NCBI GenBank assembly: GCA_018400295.1
Contig: JAGYMZ010000001.1
Location: forward strand, 2,672 to 66,671
Length of the DNA: 64,000 bases
From: Bacteroidales bacterium
Lineage (GTDB): Bacteria; Bacteroidota; Bacteroidia; Bacteroidales; B18-G4
Direction of reading: 5' to 3'
The position numbers were made by a program, and so were the translations under genes. Shown here one piece after another: positions 11,366 through 21,114 of this stretch (positions are counted from its first letter, which is position 1; each line of letters starts with the position of its first letter). Under the pieces are notes generated by a model, which saw only the letters and a program-made list of their open reading frames with translations, did not search any database and had not been told where the DNA came from.

Positions 11366-11848
11366 TTAATTTAACGATTCAGGCGTAATGACCCTGGCTT
11401 TAATTCGCAATTGCGTTGAATTTGGCTGCGTATTGGCTATAATGGTGGCTGTTTTGTTTTGAAACCCGAGCCGGCCTCTCGAATCAAAGGTTATACTGAC
11501 AATCCCTTCTTCACCGGGGGCTATGGATTTCCTGGGATATTCGGTTGCTGTGCAGCCGCAGCTGGTGCTCACCTTGCTGATAACCAGGTTTGCTTTCCCT
11601 GTGTTTTTAAACTTGAAACCATAGGTGACCTTTTCGCCCTGTATCACCGATTCAAAATCGTGTTCTGTTTCGGCGAAAGTGATCATGGGTAATTTGCCCG
11701 CGTTGGCTTCCCCGTCAGCACTGATGGGATTGGTCACCACATCTGCGGGAATATCTCCCGCCTTTTCCTGATGTTGGCAAGATAGAAACAAAGGGATCAA
11801 TGCTGCGCTTATCAAAACCATCCGGATCAGTTTCATTTTTCCGAACAT
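11366..11848 (-). CDS. DUF1573 domain lipoprotein (start uncertain: 11878, 11848 or 11836)
   Basis: Lipobox FLSC; F.F.NTG...L.I..V.TSCGCT...IAPGE.G.I...FDS. Confidence 0.85.
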   Translation of the reverse strand: MFGKMKLIRMVLISAALIPLFLSCQHQEKAGDIPADVVTNPISADGEANAGKLPMITFAETEHDFESVIQGEKVTYGFKFKNTGKANLVISKVSTSCGCTATEYPRKSIAPGEEGIVSITFDSRGRLGFQNKTATIIANTQPNSTQLRIKARVITPESLN

Positions 11849-11912
11849 AATATTTTGCTTTATAATATGATATTGCATGGTTGTGAACCTTTTTGTTCCG
11901 CCCCGCTTATGT

Positions 11913-13163
11913 TTAGTTTTTCCCCAATATGGTTATGGAGCCGTAGAACTCGCTGTCTTCAAAATATCCCGTGCATTTCAGCACGTAAAAATATACCCCG
12001 TCATCAAGGTTGCCTCCGTCCCATTCATTATTATAATTGGAACGTTCATACACTTTGCTTCCCCATCTGTTGTATATAACAATTTCATTGCTGATGTAGT
12101 TTTCCAGTTTTTTGATTTCGAAATGATCGTTGATGCCGTCCCCGTTGGGTGTGAAAACGTTGGGGATATCCAGTTCAAGTTCCTTTACGGGTACGGTCAT
12201 CATGATCGAATCCTGGCAACCGCCCTGTTGTATGGTATATTTGAAAAAGGCCTCATAATTACCGACCTTGTTATAAAAATGCGTGGGGGTTTCCTGGTCG
12301 GATTTGGTGCCGTCCCCGAAACTCCAACTCCAGTCGGTTAATTGAATTGAATCCACGGAATTGTTGGTAAACCAGAATGCTGTCCGCGGATCGGTAATGT
12401 AAACCGTATCTTTGTCACGTTCGATGTCAATATCCGGCAGATCGAACAACTCCACTTCGTAGAGTGTGTCGAAGGAGCAACCGTAACCATCTGTAACCGT
12501 GATGTTATATTGGCCTTCACAAAGTCCTATGGCATATGATGAGTCGCCCGGGTCGATTTTTGCCTGCCAGTGATAATGGTAGGGTGGTAATCCGCCGGAA
12601 GCTGTAGCTTTAACCTGTCCTTTACAATCCTGTCCGCCCGGGCAGATCAGGTTGGGTTGCTCAAAGTCTACAAATATCCTGGGATACATGTTGATCTTTA
12701 TCTCATCTGTGCATGAATTTGTTCCGTCGGAGATCTCTACACTGAAAAAGGTGGTGTCTGTGATGACCGCATTCGTGAAATAATTGGTATCGCCGTTGCT
12801 CCAGAGGTATGACAAGTTGTTTGGGGAGGCTTCAAAGAAAAAATCCGTTTTATAGCACAGGGTATCGGGCTCCTGAATGATGCGGGCATTGATCACATAA
12901 CATTCAGCGGTTTCATTGGTTGTGCCGTCGTTGCGTGTGACAGCGTAAGTGTCCGTTTCCTTTACAAAGATCACCCGTGTTGTGTCACCGGTGTTCCATT
13001 GATAGGAGACGTAACCTGCGCCGGCATCAAGGGCGAGGCTGTCGACATTGCAATGCAGCGTTGTATCCGTTTGGAATACGTTAACGGTATCTGCTGTAAT
13101 GGAAGCCCATGCCGGGAAGGCTGTAAGTACTGAAAATAGAATGATTATTCCTGACCTCATCAA
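11913..13163 (-). CDS. T9SS type-B (CHU_C/gliding-motility C-terminal domain) cargo protein with SprB-like repeat and PKD domain
   Basis: Signal peptide; SGGLPPYHYHW..GLCEGQYNITVTD; WSFGDG PKD; IPNVFTPNGDGINDHF..IYNRWG..WDG..G.YFY. Confidence 0.88.
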   Translation of the reverse strand: MMRSGIIILFSVLTAFPAWASITADTVNVFQTDTTLHCNVDSLALDAGAGYVSYQWNTGDTTRVIFVKETDTYAVTRNDGTTNETAECYVINARIIQEPDTLCYKTDFFFEASPNNLSYLWSNGDTNYFTNAVITDTTFFSVEISDGTNSCTDEIKINMYPRIFVDFEQPNLICPGGQDCKGQVKATASGGLPPYHYHWQAKIDPGDSSYAIGLCEGQYNITVTDGYGCSFDTLYEVELFDLPDIDIERDKDTVYITDPRTAFWFTNNSVDSIQLTDWSWSFGDGTKSDQETPTHFYNKVGNYEAFFKYTIQQGGCQDSIMMTVPVKELELDIPNVFTPNGDGINDHFEIKKLENYISNEIVIYNRWGSKVYERSNYNNEWDGGNLDDGVYFYVLKCTGYFEDSEFYGSITILGKN

Positions 13164-13195
13164 TCGTGTTTTAAGCCTTAAAGCTTACAAGGCTG

Positions 13196-13203
13196 CAAAA
13201 TTA
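13196..13203 (-). promoter_or_regulatory. -7 promoter element (TAATTTTG) for the CHU_C...coaE operon
   Basis: Plus strand CAAAATTA, 32 nt upstream of start. Confidence 0.55.
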
Positions 13204-13375
13204 CGGAAAAAATGAACACAGGTGAAGTGAAAAGGGCAATATCCTGTCCTACCTCCATTAATGCGATAATTGGCAAAATATTGCCTGAGCGCGGGATAAT
13301 TTCATCCTGTGGACAAAAAGGCATTGCCCTGGTTTCGTATATGCCATTAATTCATGATTTTCCCTGGTATGGGCT

Positions 13376-13391
13376 TTGGCAAAATAATTGA
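13376..13391 (+). promoter_or_regulatory. possible sigma-54-type -24/-12 promoter for clpB
   Basis: TTGGCAAAATAATTGA: GG and GA separated by 10 nt as in TGGCACG-N4-TTGC; no TAnnTTTG found upstream of clpB. Confidence 0.35.
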
Positions 13392-13423
13392 TCAGCCATA
13401 GCCACAATAATGGAGGAACCACT

Positions 13424-16015
13424 ATGAATTTTAAGGATTTTACATTGAAATCACAGGAGGTTGTTCAGAAAGCACAGGAAATAGCGGCTTCCGGGCAACA
13501 CCAGGCCATAGAGACAACCCATTTACTGAAGGCCATGCTGTTGGTAGATGAGAACGTTGTTCCATACCTGTTGAAAAAGATGGGCGTGAACATCCCGGTA
13601 CTGAAACAAGCGCTGGATAAGATCATCGAATCTTATCCGAAAGTGAGCGGCGGGGAACAATATTTATCCGGTGATGCAGGGAAAGCACTGCAAAAAGCAT
13701 CAGCATTTTTGAAGGAATTCAACGATCAGTTTGTTTCAATTGAACATTTGTTGCTGGGAATAATTGCCGGCGGGGACACGGCGTCCCGGTTGTTAAAAGA
13801 TAACGGGGTTTCCGAGAAGGACCTGAAAACGGCCATTAAGCAACTGAGAAAAGGATCCACGGTCAATTCGCAGTCTGCTGAGAATGCCTACAACTCACTG
13901 AACCGTTATGCACGGAACCTGAACGAACTTGCCCGGAGCGGAAAACTGGATCCAGTCATCGGAAGGGATGAGGAAATACGGAGAATATTGCAGATCCTTG
14001 CCCGGAGAACCAAAAACAATCCCATTTTGATCGGCGAGCCTGGTACAGGAAAAACCGCCATTGCCGAGGGTTTGGCCCATAGGATCGTGAACGGCGATGT
14101 GCCCGACAATTTAAAATCCAGACTGATCTACTCCCTGGATATGGGTGCCCTGATCGCCGGGGCCAAGTATAAGGGGGAGTTTGAAGAGCGGTTGAAAGGC
14201 GTGGTCAAGGAGGTGGTGGAATCTGATGGCCAGATCGTTTTGTTCATCGATGAGATCCATACGCTTGTCGGGGCCGGTGCCGGCGAAGGCGCCATGGATG
14301 CTGCCAACATACTGAAGCCGGCACTGTCGCGCGGTGAACTCCGGGCCATCGGTGCCACAACCCTGAAGGAGTACCAGAAGTATTTTGAAAAGGATAAGGC
14401 ATTGGAACGGCGGTTCCAGACCGTTATGGTGAATGAGCCTGCCACGCTGGATGCCATCTCCATCCTGAGGGGTTTGAAGGAAAGATATGAAACCCACCAT
14501 CATGTGCGGATCAAGGACGAAGCCATCATAGCAGCTGTGGAGCTTTCACAGCGGTATATTACCGACCGCTTCCTTCCGGATAAGGCCATCGACCTGATCG
14601 ATGAGGCGGCCTCAAAGCTTCGGCTGGAGATCAATTCCCTGCCGGAGTCTCTGGAGATCATTGAGCGCCGCGTCCGCCAGTTGGAAATTGAACGGGAGGC
14701 CATTAAAAAGGAAAAAGACAAGGTTAAGTTGGGCAGGATCAATGAAGAGTTGGCCAACCTGAATGATGAGCGGAGCAAATTAAGGGCGAAGTGGGAAGAA
14801 GAGCGCGGTCTCGTGGATAAGATCCAGGACGTGAAGAAAAGCATTGAGGATTATAAGATTGAGGCCGAACGGTCCGAACGGGAAGGCAATTTCGGCCGCG
14901 TGGCGGAAATACGTTATGGCAAAATAAAGGAGGCCCAGGTTCAGCTGCAGGACTTGAAGGAGAAGTTGACAGAGATACAGGGAGATTCACCCATGATCAA
15001 TGAGGAAGTTGGTTCAGAGGAGATTGCCGAGATCGTTTCACGCTGGACCGGCATACCAGTAAAACGGATGCTTCAGAGTGAAAGGGAAAAACTTTTACAA
15101 CTGGAAACACAGTTGCATATGCGCGTGGTGGGTCAGGATGATGCCATAGAAGCCGTCTCGGATGCCATCCGTCGGAGCCGCGCCGGATTGCAGGATGAGA
15201 AACGCCCCATAGGCTCATTTATTTTCCTGGGCACCACTGGGGTAGGCAAGACCGAGCTGGCGCGTGCCCTGGCTGAATTCTTGTTTGATAATGAACAGAA
15301 CATGGTCAGGATAGACATGTCTGAGTACCAGGAAAGACACAGTGTTTCCCGGTTGATCGGGGCTCCTCCGGGTTATGTGGGCTATGAGGAAAGCGGACAA
15401 CTGACCGAAGCCATACGGCGCAAGCCATATTCGGTCGTGTTGCTGGACGAGATCGAGAAAGCCCATCCGGATGTTTTCAATATTCTGCTGCAGGTATTGG
15501 ATGATGGCCGGCTGACCGATAATAAGGGCCGGGTGGTGGATTTTAAAAATACCATCATCATTATGACTTCCAATATCGGTTCCCACGTCATACAGGATAA
15601 AATTCGCGGAATAACCGGGGACAACAGGGAAGAGGTATATAACCGGACCCGGGAAGAGGTATTTGGCCTGCTGAAAAAGGCCCTCCGTCCGGAGTTCCTG
15701 AACCGTATCGATGAGATCATCATGTTCAGGCCCCTGACAAGGGAAGAGATCCGGGATGTGGTACGGTTGCAGTTCAACATAGTGAAGCAGATGATGGCCC
15801 GCAACGACCTGAATGTTTCCATCACCGGTGCGGCCGTGGATCATATTGCTGAGCTGGGCTTCGACCCTCAGTTCGGTGCCCGGCCGATCAAGCGCGTATT
15901 GCAGCGGAATGTACTGAACCAGCTTTCCAAAATGATCCTGGCCGGCAAGGTCAGCAAGGATAAGGAGATCGTGATTGACTACAGGGACGGCGCCCTGGTT
16001 TTCGATAATGTATGA
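13424..16015 (+). CDS. clpB: ATP-dependent chaperone ClpB
   Basis: Two AAA+ modules (GEPGTGKT; GTTGVGKT), middle coiled coil, RIDMSEY; ATG at 13424 preceded by GGAGG. Confidence 0.98.
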   Translation: MNFKDFTLKSQEVVQKAQEIAASGQHQAIETTHLLKAMLLVDENVVPYLLKKMGVNIPVLKQALDKIIESYPKVSGGEQYLSGDAGKALQKASAFLKEFNDQFVSIEHLLLGIIAGGDTASRLLKDNGVSEKDLKTAIKQLRKGSTVNSQSAENAYNSLNRYARNLNELARSGKLDPVIGRDEEIRRILQILARRTKNNPILIGEPGTGKTAIAEGLAHRIVNGDVPDNLKSRLIYSLDMGALIAGAKYKGEFEERLKGVVKEVVESDGQIVLFIDEIHTLVGAGAGEGAMDAANILKPALSRGELRAIGATTLKEYQKYFEKDKALERRFQTVMVNEPATLDAISILRGLKERYETHHHVRIKDEAIIAAVELSQRYITDRFLPDKAIDLIDEAASKLRLEINSLPESLEIIERRVRQLEIEREAIKKEKDKVKLGRINEELANLNDERSKLRAKWEEERGLVDKIQDVKKSIEDYKIEAERSEREGNFGRVAEIRYGKIKEAQVQLQDLKEKLTEIQGDSPMINEEVGSEEIAEIVSRWTGIPVKRMLQSEREKLLQLETQLHMRVVGQDDAIEAVSDAIRRSRAGLQDEKRPIGSFIFLGTTGVGKTELARALAEFLFDNEQNMVRIDMSEYQERHSVSRLIGAPPGYVGYEESGQLTEAIRRKPYSVVLLDEIEKAHPDVFNILLQVLDDGRLTDNKGRVVDFKNTIIIMTSNIGSHVIQDKIRGITGDNREEVYNRTREEVFGLLKKALRPEFLNRIDEIIMFRPLTREEIRDVVRLQFNIVKQMMARNDLNVSITGAAVDHIAELGFDPQFGARPIKRVLQRNVLNQLSKMILAGKVSKDKEIVIDYRDGALVFDNV

Positions 16016-16126
16016 TCGAATACGGTTTGATATGGATTATATTTTTCCTGCCTTTGAATATATTTTTTTTATTGTTGATTGATTTTGTATATTTACAACA
16101 TATAAAACCAATAAAAAGAGTTAACT

Positions 16127-16831
16127 ATGAAAAGGATCTACTTAGTGATTGTTGCAGGAATTATAGGGATGAGCGTATCGGCACAGGGATTGATGATCGG
16201 TGGAAAATTCGGTCCATCGGTGGCATCGTTCTCAAAATCCGGATATGATGCAAAACTTTCTATGCATATCGGAGCTTTTGGGGTATATAAAATTACGGAT
16301 ATGTTCTCTGCTCAGGTAGAATTGAATTATGAGAACAAAGGATCAAGAACATATTATGGCTGGGGTTACGATCCGGGCGTGTATCATGGAAACATCTCCA
16401 GCTATTATAAATATGCAAAACTCAGATTAAGCTATCTTACCCTTCCGATGCTTGCCCGCGCAGATTTCAATATCGGCAGCGACAGGATTGGCGTGTATGC
16501 CCTGGCCGGTCCGTATTTCGGTTTTTTATTAGGGGCTGCATTTGACGGAAGCAGTGAAATTGCTACCGTTGAATACCGGTTCAACCCCAATACATTTGCA
16601 TATGAAGAGATTATATCGGGCGATCACAAAGTAAAGGATGATTTCAAAGGGTTTGATTTCGGATTCTCCTTTGGGGGCGGAGCAACGTATGAATTTATGG
16701 AAGGACTGAAAGGATTGGCCGAACTACGACTGAACCCCGGATTTCTCAATGTTTCTGCCGGAGACTATTCAAAAGCAAATAATTTCACCTTCAACATCAG
16801 CGTTGGTGTATTATATGATCTGGGACGCTAG
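16127..16831 (+). CDS. outer-membrane beta-barrel (PorT/porin family) protein
   Basis: Signal peptide, alternating beta-strand pattern, YLTLPML, C-terminal aromatic strand FNISVGVLYDL. Confidence 0.75.
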   Translation: MKRIYLVIVAGIIGMSVSAQGLMIGGKFGPSVASFSKSGYDAKLSMHIGAFGVYKITDMFSAQVELNYENKGSRTYYGWGYDPGVYHGNISSYYKYAKLRLSYLTLPMLARADFNIGSDRIGVYALAGPYFGFLLGAAFDGSSEIATVEYRFNPNTFAYEEIISGDHKVKDDFKGFDFGFSFGGGATYEFMEGLKGLAELRLNPGFLNVSAGDYSKANNFTFNISVGVLYDLGR

Positions 16832-16839
16832 CAGGCGGA

Positions 16840-17937
16840 TTACACATTAAACCGTATGTGTAAAATATCCCCATCCTGCACTATGTAGCTTTTCCCTTCG
16901 ATATGGAATTTGCCTTTGTCTTTGCAGGCCTGTTCAGATCCCAGGGCGATAAAGTCGTTGTATTTCATGACTTCTGCGCGGATGAAACCCCGCTCCAGGT
17001 CGCTGTGGATCACTCCGGACGCGCGGGAGGCTTTCGTGCCTTTTTTGATGGTCCATGCCCTGACTTCCTTCGGCCCTGCCGTGAAGAACGATTGCAAATC
17101 CAGGATGTCGTAGGCTGACCGGATGAGTTTGTTTACGCCGGGTTCGGATAAACCGGCATCTTCCAGGAACGCTTTCCGGTCTGCTTCATCCTCCAACTCG
17201 GATATCTCTGCTTCGAGCCTGCCGGCAAGTATGAGCATCCCGGTTTCCTCGGCTTTTACCGCCTCCTTGACCTGTTCCGCGTATGCATTGCCCTCAGCGG
17301 CCGATTTTTCGTCCACATTGCAGACGTATATGACCGGTTTGCCGGATAACAGGAAAAGGTCGCTGACCAACTTCTTTTGTTCATTGTTGAGGGGGACTGT
17401 ACGGGCAGACTGGAAATTCTCCAGATGGTTTTTATAGACTTCCAGAATTTCCAGTTCTTTTTGGGCGGATCTTTCTCCGGCCCTGGCAACTTTCCGGGTG
17501 CGTTCAATTTTTCGTTCCACCATTTCCAGGTCCCTTACCTGCAATTCCAGATCGATGATCTCTTTGTCCCGCACAGGGTTCACGCTGCCTTCCACATGAG
17601 GCAGATCTTCATCATCAAAGCAACGGAGGACATGGATCAGGGCATCGGCCTGCTGGATATCCGATAAGAACTTGTTCCCAACGCCTTCCCCCTTACTGGC
17701 CCCCTTGGCCAAACCGGGAATATCTATGATCTCTACCGTGGCCGGAACTACCCGGGCTGGTTTGATGAAGCGACTGATCTTGTATAACCGGTCGTCCGGA
17801 ACATTTACAATGCCAATATTGGATTTTGTCGCACTGAAAGCAAAATTGGATGATTGCGCCTTGGATGCAGACATGCAATTGAATATGGTGGTTTTCCCTG
17901 TGTTGGTTATTCCTATGATGCCGCAGTTGAGTGCCAT
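16840..17937 (-). CDS. ychF: Obg-family ATPase YchF, divergent G1/G2 motifs
   Basis: MALNCGIIG start; VPDDRL, GASKGEGVGNKFL, HVEGSVNPVRD, FFTAGPKEVRAWT, IHSDLERGFIRAE, YIVQDGDI. Confidence 0.92.
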   Translation of the reverse strand: MALNCGIIGITNTGKTTIFNCMSASKAQSSNFAFSATKSNIGIVNVPDDRLYKISRFIKPARVVPATVEIIDIPGLAKGASKGEGVGNKFLSDIQQADALIHVLRCFDDEDLPHVEGSVNPVRDKEIIDLELQVRDLEMVERKIERTRKVARAGERSAQKELEILEVYKNHLENFQSARTVPLNNEQKKLVSDLFLLSGKPVIYVCNVDEKSAAEGNAYAEQVKEAVKAEETGMLILAGRLEAEISELEDEADRKAFLEDAGLSEPGVNKLIRSAYDILDLQSFFTAGPKEVRAWTIKKGTKASRASGVIHSDLERGFIRAEVMKYNDFIALGSEQACKDKGKFHIEGKSYIVQDGDILHIRFNV

Positions 17938-18037
17938 GTGGATGCAATTATGTGTACCATTTCGCTTTGCAAAGATATTACTTTGGGAATTGTTGCCATT
18001 GAATGCCCGATTATTTTTTATTTTAAAATATGTTTCG

Positions 18038-18045
18038 TAATTTTG
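18038..18045 (+). promoter_or_regulatory. -7 promoter element (TAATTTTG) for rpsA; divergent ychF element at 17970-17977
   Basis: TAnnTTTG on plus strand; CAAAGATA at 17970-17977 for the minus strand. Confidence 0.55.
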
Positions 18046-18179
18046 CACGCCAATTTGTCGGGGCAGAAAAACATATAATCAGGTGTTTTTCAATTTTTTA
18101 ATCGAACAATTAAATCAAGTATGAATCCCTGGGCTGGTTTAAATCATAAGCAAACCATCCCATACAAACAAACCATTGA

Positions 18180-20885
18180 ATGGCAGATAATCAGGAAAAA
18201 ATCAACAAGGAGGAAGGTCTGCATGACGAATCGAACGATCAGCAGCCGGTAAACGACCAGGATGAAAAGACCGATCAGGAGCTTTCCGGAACTGAAAGAA
18301 CGGAAGTTCCAGAAGAACCCCAAGCAGAAGGCCCAAAAGCCGAAGAAGCGAAATCCGATACAACGGACCCTGAGTCAACGAAGACTGACAGGGAGGGCAA
18401 GAAAGATGAAAAGGCTGAGCCTGAAAGCAAGGAAGACATGACAGAAGAAAAGGAAGGAGAGAAGCCAGAAAACCGTGCAGAGCAAACAACGGAAGAACCA
18501 GCGGAAGGCACTGATGGTATTTCTGATGAATTGAAAGCGCTGGACGAAGACAAGGCTGAAAAGGTTGAAAAGGTGATCAGTGAAGAAAAGGCTACACTGA
18601 AGGAAGGCGAAAATATTCAGGTTGAAGACGTAACGGCAGCATCGGAAGCCACGGCAGCTGAAGAAAATAAAACGGAGGATCCCGGAGAATTTGATTGGGA
18701 CAGCATAGGGAAAAAACAGGACCTGTATTCAAAAGATGAACGCGAAAAGCTGGAGCAATTGTACGATAAGACACTCAGCTCCGTTGCGGAGCATGAGGTG
18801 ATCGATGGTACGGTTGTGGCTATGAGCAACCGCGAAGTTGTTGTCAATATTGGATTTAAATCCGACGGTGTCATACCTTTCAACGAGCTAAGATACAATC
18901 CGGATCTTAAAGTGGGCGATACCATTGAAGTATACGTGGAAAGCCAGGAAGACCAAAGTGGACAGCTCATCCTTTCACACAAGAAAGCCCGCATCCTCAA
19001 GTCCTGGGAACGGATCAACGATGCCTATGATAAGGACGAGATCATCCATGGATATGTAAAATGCCGTACCAAAGGCGGCTTAATTGTGGATGTTTTCGGA
19101 ATAGAGGCATTCCTGCCCGGCTCACAGATCGATGTGAAACCGATCCGGGATTACGATATGTATGTGAATAAGTCCATGGAGTTCAAGGTTGTCAAGATCA
19201 ATCAGGAATTCAAAAATGTGGTTGTATCCCATAAAGCCCTCATCGAAGCTGAACTTGAACAGCAAAAAGCCGAGATCATGGCTAAGCTGGAAAAGGGTCA
19301 GGTACTTGAAGGGACCGTGAAAAATATTACGTCCTACGGTGTTTTTGTTGACCTCGGAGGCGTGGACGGGCTGATACACATTACCGACCTTTCATGGGGA
19401 CGCATCAACCATCCCGAAGAGATTGTCGATCTGGATGAAAAGATCAAGGTCGTTATCCTTGATTTTGACGACCAGAAGAAACGAATTGCCTTGGGTCTGA
19501 AACAGCTGACGCCCCATCCGTGGGATTCGCTGGACCCGGATCTGAAGATCGGTGATAAAGTGAAAGGGAAAGTGGTTGTTATCGCAGATTATGGTGCATT
19601 TATTGAAATTGCACCTGGCGTGGAAGGTCTTATTCATGTTTCGGAAATGTCGTGGTCGCAGCACCTCAGGACTGCCCAGGATTTTCTTAAGGTTGGCGAT
19701 GTGGTTGAAGCTGTGGTGCTTACGCTTGACAGGGAAGACCGGAAAATGTCATTGGGCATGAAGCAACTTATTCCCGATCCATGGGCGGATATCATGGAGA
19801 AGTATCCCAAAAACTCCAGGCATAAGGCCATTGTAAGGAACTTTACCAACTTTGGCATTTTTGTGGAACTGGAAGAAGGTGTGGATGGACTCATCCATAT
19901 ATCCGACCTTTCCTGGTCCAAAAAGATCAAACATCCGGCCGAGTTCACCAGGATAGGTGAGGAGATCGAAGTTGTTGTCCTTGATGTGGACGTTGACAAC
20001 CGGAGGCTCAGCCTGGGGCATAAGCAGCTCGAAGAGAATCCCTGGGATGTATTTGAAACCATTTTTACCGTGGGCTCTGTCCATAAAGGCACCATTACAA
20101 ATACCAATGAAAAAGGTGCCATCGTATCGCTGCCTTACGGTGTGGAAGGTTTTGTGCCCAACCGGCATATGAACAAGGAGGATGGTTCTGTTGCTAAGCC
20201 TGAAGAATCGCTGGATTTTAAAGTGATCGAGTTTTCCAAAGATAACAAGAAGATCATTTTATCGCATACCCGGACTTTCCAGGATAAAAAAGATACCGAA
20301 AGGGCCAGGGAAACTACCAGGACCAAGTCTGCCCAGCGGCACACCAAAAAGGCTGTGAGAAAACTCAAGGATAACCTTGAAAGAACTACGCTTGGCGATC
20401 TGGAAGCTTTGGCTCATCTCAAAGAAGAGATTGAGTCGGAAGAAAGGAAAGCGAAGAAAGAGACCGGGGAGAAAAGGGGACAGCCTGAAAAGAAAGTGGA
20501 AACACCCACCAGTCCGAAACAAAAAAAAGAAACCAAACCCGGGAAGAAGGAAGCGGACGGACAGGAAGAAGTGACTTCTGGAAAGAAGGAACCTGAAGCA
20601 GCAACAGAAAAGCCTGAGGCAACGAAAGAAGAACCGAAACCGGAGCCAACGGCCGGAAAAGCGTCTGAGGCCGAAAAAGAAGCGCCCAAGACTGAAAAAG
20701 AAGCGCCCAAGACTGAAAAGAAAGCGCCTAAGGCTGAAAAGGAAGTGCCCGAGGCCGAAAAGGAAGTGCCCAAGGCTGAGAAGCAGGAAACGGGGACTGG
20801 AAAAGAAGGAAAAGAGGAACCGGAAGACAAAAAAGAGTCCGGATCTCAAGAAGACGCAAAAAAGAAGGACCCGGAGGACAAATAA
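18180..20885 (+). CDS. rpsA: 30S ribosomal protein S1 with long charged N- and C-terminal extensions
   Basis: EFDWD at residue 170, six S1 domains (e.g. YGVFVDLGGVDGLIHITDLSW), conserved TTLGDL tail, then an extra Lys/Glu-rich tail. Confidence 0.96.
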   Translation: MADNQEKINKEEGLHDESNDQQPVNDQDEKTDQELSGTERTEVPEEPQAEGPKAEEAKSDTTDPESTKTDREGKKDEKAEPESKEDMTEEKEGEKPENRAEQTTEEPAEGTDGISDELKALDEDKAEKVEKVISEEKATLKEGENIQVEDVTAASEATAAEENKTEDPGEFDWDSIGKKQDLYSKDEREKLEQLYDKTLSSVAEHEVIDGTVVAMSNREVVVNIGFKSDGVIPFNELRYNPDLKVGDTIEVYVESQEDQSGQLILSHKKARILKSWERINDAYDKDEIIHGYVKCRTKGGLIVDVFGIEAFLPGSQIDVKPIRDYDMYVNKSMEFKVVKINQEFKNVVVSHKALIEAELEQQKAEIMAKLEKGQVLEGTVKNITSYGVFVDLGGVDGLIHITDLSWGRINHPEEIVDLDEKIKVVILDFDDQKKRIALGLKQLTPHPWDSLDPDLKIGDKVKGKVVVIADYGAFIEIAPGVEGLIHVSEMSWSQHLRTAQDFLKVGDVVEAVVLTLDREDRKMSLGMKQLIPDPWADIMEKYPKNSRHKAIVRNFTNFGIFVELEEGVDGLIHISDLSWSKKIKHPAEFTRIGEEIEVVVLDVDVDNRRLSLGHKQLEENPWDVFETIFTVGSVHKGTITNTNEKGAIVSLPYGVEGFVPNRHMNKEDGSVAKPEESLDFKVIEFSKDNKKIILSHTRTFQDKKDTERARETTRTKSAQRHTKKAVRKLKDNLERTTLGDLEALAHLKEEIESEERKAKKETGEKRGQPEKKVETPTSPKQKKETKPGKKEADGQEEVTSGKKEPEAATEKPEATKEEPKPEPTAGKASEAEKEAPKTEKEAPKTEKKAPKAEKEVPEAEKEVPKAEKQETGTGKEGKEEPEDKKESGSQEDAKKKDPEDK
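20670..20786 (+). repeat. 21-bp coding tandem repeat, 5 copies plus a partial ([AT]EK[EK][AV]P[KE])
   Basis: gccgaaaaagaagcgcccaag / actgaaaaagaagcgcccaag / actgaaaagaaagcgcctaag / gctgaaaaggaagtgcccgag / gccgaaaaggaagtgcccaag. Confidence 0.9.
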
Positions 20886-20890
20886 TTGTC

Positions 20891-21006
20891 AAAACGGCCG
20901 CTTGTTTTCAGTCCGGACTTATTCCCGGAACGGTAAACCGGGTGGACAACCCTTTATGCTGAAAGGTTTCAATGAATGGATCTGCCATGAACAAGCGGCC
21001 TGTTTT
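20891..21006 (+). other. long inverted-repeat-bounded structure between rpsA and rnz (terminator or structured RNA)
   Basis: AAAAC-GGCCGCTTGTT (20891-20906) pairs with AACAAGCGGCC-T-GTTTT (20990-21006); inner hairpins CCCGG/CCGGG and ACC-CTTT/AAAGGT. Confidence 0.5.
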
Positions 21007-21114
21007 CTGACCATTGCGGTTCTGCGAAATATCCGGCGGAAACTCACACGCACCCGCCAAACTTAAGGCAGGTCTTCCTGCAGAGGTGCTGATCACGCAA
21101 TAAACACTGTGGAC

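Noticed and set aside
18121-18252. 43-codon out-of-frame ORF overlapping the rpsA start
   Set aside because: No homology cues or coding features; likely chance
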